From an uncultured Nitrososphaeria archaeon (GTDB lineage: Archaea > Thermoproteota > Nitrososphaeria_A > Caldarchaeales > Wolframiiraptoraceae): a stretch of 43,944 nt of DNA. Positions 37,715 through 43,944 of this stretch are shown here, in pieces. The translations under genes and the position numbers were made by a program. The stretch is from assembly GCA_964555135.1 (NCBI GenBank), contig CAZKRR010000002.1, positions 1 to 43,944 on the forward strand, read 5' to 3'. The notes beneath the pieces are model-generated. The model was not told the DNA's origin. It ran no database searches and saw only the letters and a program-made list of their open reading frames with translations. The stretch's first letter is position 1. The number at the start of each line of letters is the position of its first letter.

Positions 37715-38236
37715 TTGATCTTAAGTGATTTCGACCTCTGGGCATACATTAAGGGTGGACGTCTAATTATAGAGCCTTTTGATGAATCCATAGTTAGAGA
37801 GAATGGCGTAGACCTTAGAATAGGTAGGATGGTCGCTAGAATGAAGAAAATCGATAAGCCCCTGGACACTAGGAATACAGAGAAGATCGAGGAATTCTAT
37901 ACTATCGAGGAAGGAGAAGACTTCATAATATGGCCTCATGAACACCTCCTACTCCATACTCTTGAGTACATCAAGCTTCCAGTAGACTTGATGGGTTTCG
38001 TAAACCTGAGGAGTAGCTATGCAAGAGTCGGATTAATCATCCCGCCAACAATCATTGATGCAAATTTTGAAGGAGAACTAACTATAGAGCTTGTAGGCGG
38101 AGACTTCCCAGTAAAGCTTTACAGTGGGGATAGATTCCTACATGTCGTCTTCGCTAAGCTTTCATCTGCTGTAGAGAAACCATACCAAGGGAGATATCAG
38201 GGGCAGAGAGGAGTTAGGCTGCCATCATTTAGGTAA
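37715..38236 (+). CDS. dcd: dCTP deaminase / dUTPase family protein
   Basis: 173 aa. The TTG start gives the family-typical N-terminus MILSD. Also ENGVDLRIG and the GxxxxVELVG-type C-terminal beta region. Confidence 0.85.
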   Translation: MILSDFDLWAYIKGGRLIIEPFDESIVRENGVDLRIGRMVARMKKIDKPLDTRNTEKIEEFYTIEEGEDFIIWPHEHLLLHTLEYIKLPVDLMGFVNLRSSYARVGLIIPPTIIDANFEGELTIELVGGDFPVKLYSGDRFLHVVFAKLSSAVEKPYQGRYQGQRGVRLPSFR

Positions 38237-38618
38237 CATCTTCAATATACATTAATGGATAGCCTAACTCATCAATCCACCTCAGTCTTGCTTTAACTCT
38301 TACATCACCATACTCTACTATGACTTTAACATCAAGAGATTCCGGGGTGATTACACCATAATTGTATGGCTTAATTAATCCTCTTGTAATCTTCTCAACA
38401 TTAATCTTTATCCTTGTTTTTACTCTAAAAGGCTGAGTACAGAAGGCATTACTTAGAGCTCTTTCAAGTTCTTCCTTCTTTTCTAAGTTTACAGGCATAC
38501 CTACAAGTTGATGGAAAATTGCTCCAAGAGATACCCCAGCCTCGAATATTGCATGCTCTCTATCAGTCAGTTTTGAAAAATATTTAAGAGCAGATGGGTT
38601 ATGTCTTCTAGAAACCAT
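38229..38618 (-). CDS. mptD: archaeal dihydroneopterin aldolase MptD-like (DUF381/COG2098) protein
   Basis: 129 aa. LTDREHAIFEAGVSLGAIFHQLVGMPV matches the remembered MptD signature ER..FE.GIKLGAL.HQF.G.PV. No search was run. Confidence 0.55.
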   Translation of the reverse strand: MVSRRHNPSALKYFSKLTDREHAIFEAGVSLGAIFHQLVGMPVNLEKKEELERALSNAFCTQPFRVKTRIKINVEKITRGLIKPYNYGVITPESLDVKVIVEYGDVRVKARLRWIDELGYPLMYIEDVT

Positions 38619-38711
38619 ACATGCTTACATACTCAACTATTAGAAAAATCTTATTTGAAAAGACCTTAGATAGAAGCTGACGGCGTAATATAGAAATATT
38701 TAACAACCTCC

Positions 38712-39896
38712 TTGGAAAGAAGTATACTTGGGGACTGCTGGAAGTTGAGTATAGTATTGTATAGGCCTGACGCAGTACTGGTATGGCGTATTGATGAAGT
38801 CGTAAAAAGACTAAGATGGTATAGGTCAGTTATGTTGAATAAGACTCCAGCGAAGTTTATGATATTAAAGTCTATCCCTATAGATGTCAGGCTTAATGAT
38901 GCTTCAGATGAAGAATTGTGGAAACATAATGATGAACTGCATAGAGAGGCCTTAGAGTTATTCGATGAATATTTTGGGGAAGGTGCTGATCTAGATAAGT
39001 TGAAGATTGTAGAACCTTCTCTCTTAGACTTAAAGATTAATCTTGCATACCGTATATTGAAGAGATGTCATTTCTGTGAGTGGAGATGCGGTGTCAATAG
39101 ATTGGAGGGGCGGATAGGCGTATGTAAACTTGATCATAGAGGATACGTATCAAGCTTCTTCCATCATTATGGTGAAGAAGCACCTCTCATAGGCATAGAA
39201 GGTAAGGGTGGCTCGGGTACAATCTTCTTCACATCATGCACATTTCACTGTGTATTCTGTCAAAACTGGGATATCTCACAGCCTAGTGGAAGTATTGCGG
39301 ATGCTGGTGTAGAATCTGATGCAAGGAGGCTTGCATCTATAGCTAAAAGGCTTAGAATAGATGGAGCTGCGAATATAAATTATGTTGGAGGCGAGCCCAC
39401 GCCTAATCTCCACATAATCCTTGAATCTCTTAAGTATCTAGATGTGAATGTCCCAATACTCTGGAATAGTAACATGTACATGAGTGAAGAAGCAATGAAA
39501 CTGCTAGTAGATATCGTTGATATATGGTTACCGGACTTCAAGTATTGGAGTGATGAATGTGCTAAGAGGCTTTCGAAAGTCGGCTCAAAGAAAGGTTACA
39601 GAGAAGTAGTAACTAGAAACCATCTAGTTGCATCAGAGAATGGCGATATGATTATTAGGCATCTTGTACTCCCAAACCATCTTGAATGTGATACTAAGCC
39701 GATACTTAAATGGATAGCAGACAACATCAAAGATAAGGTTTTAGTGAATATTATGGAGCAGTATAGACCTGAACATAAAGTCATCTTAAAGCCTGAACTC
39801 TACAAAGACATTGCTAGAAGACCATACAGGGAAGAAATATTAGAAGCATACAATTACGCAAAGCAACTAGGAATAATCTATGAACCAGTATCCTAA
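38712..39896 (+). CDS. radical SAM protein, PflX/COG1313-type (pyruvate formate-lyase activase-like)
   Basis: Radical-SAM motif CTFHCVFCQNWDIS and an upstream Cys cluster CHFCEWRCGVNR...GVC. The start is uncertain: TTG at 38712 or a later ATG around 38832. Confidence 0.8.
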   Translation: MERSILGDCWKLSIVLYRPDAVLVWRIDEVVKRLRWYRSVMLNKTPAKFMILKSIPIDVRLNDASDEELWKHNDELHREALELFDEYFGEGADLDKLKIVEPSLLDLKINLAYRILKRCHFCEWRCGVNRLEGRIGVCKLDHRGYVSSFFHHYGEEAPLIGIEGKGGSGTIFFTSCTFHCVFCQNWDISQPSGSIADAGVESDARRLASIAKRLRIDGAANINYVGGEPTPNLHIILESLKYLDVNVPILWNSNMYMSEEAMKLLVDIVDIWLPDFKYWSDECAKRLSKVGSKKGYREVVTRNHLVASENGDMIIRHLVLPNHLECDTKPILKWIADNIKDKVLVNIMEQYRPEHKVILKPELYKDIARRPYREEILEAYNYAKQLGIIYEPVS

Positions 39897-39964
39897 TCTA
39901 CGCTCTACTCTGAGGATTTTCAAGAAAGAATGATTTATTACCGGGTAGCTGGATAAAGTTATCT

Positions 39965-41149
39965 ATGGATTTTGAAAGATTAAGATCGGACTTCCCCCTC
40001 CTCTCCCGGTACACATATCTAGATACTGCATCCAGCGGAGTAATGTCGAAGCAAGTTCACAGAGCTATAGTTGAGTTTATTGATAAATGGTTGTATGAAG
40101 GCGAGGATTGGGATAAGGTTATAAAAGATGTAATTGAGGCTCGCAGATTATTTTCTTCGATGGTTGGAGTTAAAGAAGATGAAGTAGCACTCATACCAAA
40201 TACATCTACAGGATTAATTGCTGCTGCCTCCTCAATAAAATGGAGGAGAGAATCAAACATAGTAATTGCTGAACATAATTTCCCAACGAATTTCAACGTT
40301 TTCTCCTCTCTCTTAAGGAATAAGATAATTAGGGAAATTAAAGTTGCAAGATATATTGATGGAAGAATCCCCATAGAACAATACGAAAAACTGATAGATG
40401 AACATACTCAACTAGTATCAGTAGACTTGGTTGGATGGCTTACAGGATACGTTGAAGACTTGAGAACAATCTCCAGAATAGCTCATGAAAAAGGAGCTCT
40501 AGTCTTAAGCGACATATTCCATGCTGCTGGAGTATTCCCAATCGACCTAAGAGGTCTAGATATCGATATAGCTGTATGTGGATCATACAAGTGGCTACTA
40601 GCACCTAGTGGAGCAGCATTCTTATGCATTAAAAAAGAACTACTAGATAATGTCTTAACAAATTGTTGGACAGGCTGGCTAGGCGTAGAAGACTCTGTAA
40701 TTGAGAGAATGGCTAAGGGAGAGACTAGATTGTTTGAGAGACCTCTACCCTTACTAGACTCTCAACCAGCTTGTAGCGCTTCTAGATATGAATGGGGTAG
40801 CTGGGCTGGGCCAACCGTAGTAGGGTTAGCAGAATCTCTTAGATTCTTTCAGAAAATCAATATAGAATCCAGCTGGAGAAGAATACAGAATCTTACATCA
40901 ACTCTCATAAATGAATTAGTTGAGAAGAATTTCAAAATCTTCTCTCCAATTGAGAAAGATAGAATGAGTGGGATAGTGAGTCTCTCAACAAGAAATTCCT
41001 ATGATGTTGCTGAAAAATTATTAAGAGATAGAGTTGTAGTCTCTGCTAGACCAGGAATCCTAAGAATATCTGTAGACTTCTATAATAATGAAGAAGATAT
41101 TGAAAAGATTACGTATAAGCTTGCAGAGATGAGGGAGGATATAATCTAA
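39965..41149 (+). CDS. class V aminotransferase (cysteine desulfurase / selenocysteine lyase-like, PLP-dependent)
   Basis: 394 aa. Putative PLP-lysine motif GSYKWLLAP, the earlier DIFHAAG, and fold-type I length. Confidence 0.8.
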   Translation: MDFERLRSDFPLLSRYTYLDTASSGVMSKQVHRAIVEFIDKWLYEGEDWDKVIKDVIEARRLFSSMVGVKEDEVALIPNTSTGLIAAASSIKWRRESNIVIAEHNFPTNFNVFSSLLRNKIIREIKVARYIDGRIPIEQYEKLIDEHTQLVSVDLVGWLTGYVEDLRTISRIAHEKGALVLSDIFHAAGVFPIDLRGLDIDIAVCGSYKWLLAPSGAAFLCIKKELLDNVLTNCWTGWLGVEDSVIERMAKGETRLFERPLPLLDSQPACSASRYEWGSWAGPTVVGLAESLRFFQKINIESSWRRIQNLTSTLINELVEKNFKIFSPIEKDRMSGIVSLSTRNSYDVAEKLLRDRVVVSARPGILRISVDFYNNEEDIEKITYKLAEMREDII

Positions 41150-41583
41150 GTAGATTTAATGATCTTTACAGGGTCTTTCGAGATATCAATTACTCCTGGG
41201 GATATTTCTTCTAGTAGGAAACCATAGTGACCCTCCAGCTCCTCCATCTCCCTACTTAGAATCTTGTATTCATCATCGATGTATAATTCTTTTTCACGAT
41301 TTCTACATGTATGTACGATTTTCTCTCCAGATTTCACATAGTATGCTTCTACATTCTTAGCTTGCTTGCATATTAGGATCATCCATCTTCCATCATCTCT
41401 AGGTTCTGGTAGAAGACCATCAGTTGGGGATATATAGCCTGGAGACCTGTACCCAGCTCTTACTTTGCCACATCTTTTACACTTCCAATATTCAAAGACT
41501 TTAAGCAGCTTCTTTCCATCGAAAATGTTTACCAGCCCACCATAAACATATTCATGGCTACACTCCCTCATACTCTTACTCAC
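41146..41583 (-). CDS. hypothetical Zn-ribbon-like protein
   Basis: 145 aa. ECSHE...(26 aa)...CKRCGK plus later ICK and HTC residues. 4-nt overlap with the upstream MBL gene. No family recognised. Confidence 0.55.
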   Translation of the reverse strand: MSKSMRECSHEYVYGGLVNIFDGKKLLKVFEYWKCKRCGKVRAGYRSPGYISPTDGLLPEPRDDGRWMILICKQAKNVEAYYVKSGEKIVHTCRNREKELYIDDEYKILSREMEELEGHYGFLLEEISPGVIDISKDPVKIIKST

Positions 41584-42290
41584 TCTTTCTCAAGTACTAC
41601 TACTTCTACTTTTGCCTTCTTCTTAAATTCTTCAACATCCCTACTACTTCCAACTATCGCTCCATAATGCATAGGTATAGCAATCTTAGGCTTAAATTCA
41701 TTTACTGCTTGAGCTGCTTCATCCGCAGTCATCACGAATGTTCCACTAACAGGTATTAATGCGACATCTACCTTCAAGTCCTTCATCTCAGGAATGAAAT
41801 CTGTATCTCCAGCATGGTATATTTTAACTCCACCTACTTCAACTATGTATCCAACTCCGCCAGCCATCTTAGGATGATACACAAGGCCAGGCTCTCTAAA
41901 CTTATCAACATTATACGCAGGGATAACCTTTACGCCTACTCCTGAAACCTCTAACTCGTCTCCAGGCTTAACAAACTTTAACAAGCCTGTTTTCAGAGAG
42001 CTAATCTGTTTCCTACATGGTTCTGCAGCTACAATCTCTGTATCCGCTGTAGCTATTTTTCTTAAGTCATCTAGGCTGAGATGATCGAAATGGTCATGAG
42101 ATATAAATATGTGAGTTGCTTTTTCTTTCGGCTTTATCTTGTATGGGTCGAAGTATATCCTCTTATCAGAGTGCCTGACATAAAAAGAATCATGCCCAAG
42201 CCAGCTAATCTCAACTCCTTGATACACGTATGGCATACAATAATGATCACACACTCTCTTAAAAAATTTCCCGATCAACCAATATAGCAC
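41580..42290 (-). CDS. metallo-beta-lactamase-fold hydrolase (UPF0173-like)
   Basis: 236 aa. HxHxDH variant SHDHFDH, later HAGDT and IPMHYG motifs. Confidence 0.85.
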   Translation of the reverse strand: MLYWLIGKFFKRVCDHYCMPYVYQGVEISWLGHDSFYVRHSDKRIYFDPYKIKPKEKATHIFISHDHFDHLSLDDLRKIATADTEIVAAEPCRKQISSLKTGLLKFVKPGDELEVSGVGVKVIPAYNVDKFREPGLVYHPKMAGGVGYIVEVGGVKIYHAGDTDFIPEMKDLKVDVALIPVSGTFVMTADEAAQAVNEFKPKIAIPMHYGAIVGSSRDVEEFKKKAKVEVVVLEKE

Positions 42291-42391
42291 ACACGCCTAA
42301 GACGTAATTAATTGGTTAACTTCTAGTTAAGGGATGTGGAGAATAAAATACTAAGATATTTGAATTGGTAAACCAATGAGACTATACAGAA

Positions 42392-43138
42392 ATGATGATT
42401 GATGTTCACTGTCATCTCACAGATAGTGTTTTCCAAGATAGACTTATCCAGATAATTAATGAAGCAAAGAATGTTGGAGTTCAAGCATTTATTAGTTCAA
42501 GCCTCGGATTTAAAGATTCCATAAAGCTTCTTGAATTAAGCGATTACAAAACTATCTATCCCTCAATTGGCCTCATGCCATACGAATTGGAAGATTATGA
42601 AAAGATGGTAGAATTAATTGAAAAGAACTCAGATAGGATAACTGCAATTGGTGAAGTTGGGTTGGACTACCATCCTTCAATAAACGTTGATAAGAACTTA
42701 CAAGAGAAAATCTTTATAGAGTTTATCGAGCTTGCCAGAAGACTCAGCCGACCATTAATAGTACATTCTAGATCTGCTGGGAAATACGCTCTACAAATAC
42801 TGTTTAAGCATAATGCTGAGAGAATAATAATGCATGCTTTTGATGGTTCAGCATCCTATGCTGAAGAAGGAGTAAAGAAAGGATATTACTTTAGCATCCC
42901 ACCCTCAATAGCTAGAAGCCAGCAGAAGCAAAAAATAGTGAAGAGAGTACCAATCGAGAATCTCCTACTAGAATCTGATGCACCTGCTCTATCGCCTATT
43001 CCAGGAGAAATCAATAAGCCATCAAACATTAAAATTTCAGCAGAATGGATAAGCAGGTTAAAATCTATTCCTATCGATAAAGTTGAAGAAGAAACGACGA
43101 GAAACGCGCAATCTATATTCAAGATAAGAATAATCTAG
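42392..43138 (+). CDS. tatD: TatD-family metal-dependent hydrolase
   Basis: 248 aa. N-terminal IDVHCHL, AIGEVGLDY, VHSR, ESDAP motifs. Confidence 0.9.
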   Translation: MMIDVHCHLTDSVFQDRLIQIINEAKNVGVQAFISSSLGFKDSIKLLELSDYKTIYPSIGLMPYELEDYEKMVELIEKNSDRITAIGEVGLDYHPSINVDKNLQEKIFIEFIELARRLSRPLIVHSRSAGKYALQILFKHNAERIIMHAFDGSASYAEEGVKKGYYFSIPPSIARSQQKQKIVKRVPIENLLLESDAPALSPIPGEINKPSNIKISAEWISRLKSIPIDKVEEETTRNAQSIFKIRII

Positions 43139-43362
43139 CATGTTTGATGATGACCGGACTTGGCCACAACATTTTTCACACCATTATCAAGAATTGATAT
43201 GATAGAGATCTCCTTGTAAAGATGATTAGGTAAATCTAAATGATTTGAAAGATCGAAGGTCGATCGAATGTATGATTCCTCACTCTCTAAATGAAGTTGA
43301 TGATTTAAGAGATAGAATAACATATTCGTATCAAAATCTGTCTTCTTTAAAATAGATTTCAA
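43135..43362 (-). CDS. doubtful 75-aa ORF
   Basis: Only ORF evidence. The 4-nt 3' overlap with tatD looks gene-like, but no motifs are present and the composition is only weakly coding-like. Confidence 0.2.
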   Translation of the reverse strand: MKSILKKTDFDTNMLFYLLNHQLHLESEESYIRSTFDLSNHLDLPNHLYKEISIISILDNGVKNVVAKSGHHQTC

Positions 43363-43921
43363 TATGTATGTCTAACTCTACCATCTAATCATCAATTCTT
43401 AATGACATCATCCACCTCATCGTATTATAATTACTCCTTCAAATAGAAAGGAAAGACTGATAGGTCTTTTTTGTGATAGATTTTTATCTGGAGTTTTACG
43501 ACCTTAGCGATAGTACATCCAAGACATAGAGTTTTGAGGTGAGCTCAGATAAAAATGTGTATATACTGAACTGTGAAGTTATCATCAACAAAGAATACGT
43601 ATCTCGAGTTATCCTTTCTTACCTCTCTTCTAATTCATAGAGTTTGCGCCCCCCCACTCTTACCTCCATGTTGGAGAAACCGAGCGGAGCTCGCAAGTGA
43701 ATAGACGCCTTTTATTCGTTTCAGCTGTAGTAATTGATAATCTTGATCTTGTCGGTCAGGTAATACTCTTTGTGTATTATTTTGAAGAGATGATTTCTCC
43801 CATATGTTATCCAAAGATCCAAAATCTATAAAAATAAGAAAACTTAGTAAAGAATGAAAGATCATAATCCTCTACTAAAAACTTTTAATTTGGAATAAGA
43901 TTAAAGTCTCAGGTGAATTAA

Positions 43922-43944
43922 ATGAGTCTAGAAACGATTACAAC
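43922..43944 (+). CDS. possible start of a gene running off the right edge
   Basis: ATG at 43922 (MSLETIT...) preceded by Shine-Dalgarno-like GGTGA 5 nt upstream. Only 7 codons are visible. Confidence 0.2.

Noticed and set aside
43400-43460. Possible C/D box sRNA ending at the CTGA in the hairpin (43457..43460)
   Set aside because: The candidate C box AUGACAU has three mismatches to RUGAUGA, and no internal boxes are present.
43635-43865. 76-aa minus-strand ORF near the right edge
   Set aside because: The composition is implausible and there are no motifs. The region is treated as possibly non-coding or ncRNA in the findings.

Overview
Visibly AT-rich archaeal chromosomal segment. Gene content points to a TACK/Thermoproteota-type organism: crenactin, Gins23 next to MCM, an intron-containing tRNA, aEF-2, Taw1 and archaeal Trm11. 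Almost all of the window is tightly packed housekeeping genes, many with 4-8 nt overlaps. They cover tRNA maturation (alaX-prs-trm11-rnz), replication and repair (gins23-mcm-hel308), molybdopterin synthesis (moeA, moaB, moaC), two ABC transporters, aEF-2, uS4 and Fe-S and radical-SAM enzymes. The features that stand out are listed here.
- A crenactin (archaeal actin) operon of four translationally coupled genes at 34392..37630. Its flanking genes are uncharacterised, and a metallo-beta-lactamase-fold gene is coupled to it.
- A 488-aa LAGLIDADG intein splitting the MCM AAA+ domain, with non-canonical residues at block B and at the first endonuclease motif.
- A tRNA-Gly(UCC) with an intron of about 21 nt, next to a multiply frameshifted and truncated gene remnant.
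- A 763-aa membrane-anchored surface protein made of six degenerate repeats of about 80 aa.
- Three gene-poor intervals (20612..21446, 26743..27139, 43139..43921) with local secondary-structure or GC anomalies.

I saw no CRISPR array, integrase, transposase or recognisable defence system. I cannot point to a clearly novel multi-gene system. The crenactin cluster variant is the best candidate for new biology here. All family assignments rest on motifs and remembered family signatures, not database searches.
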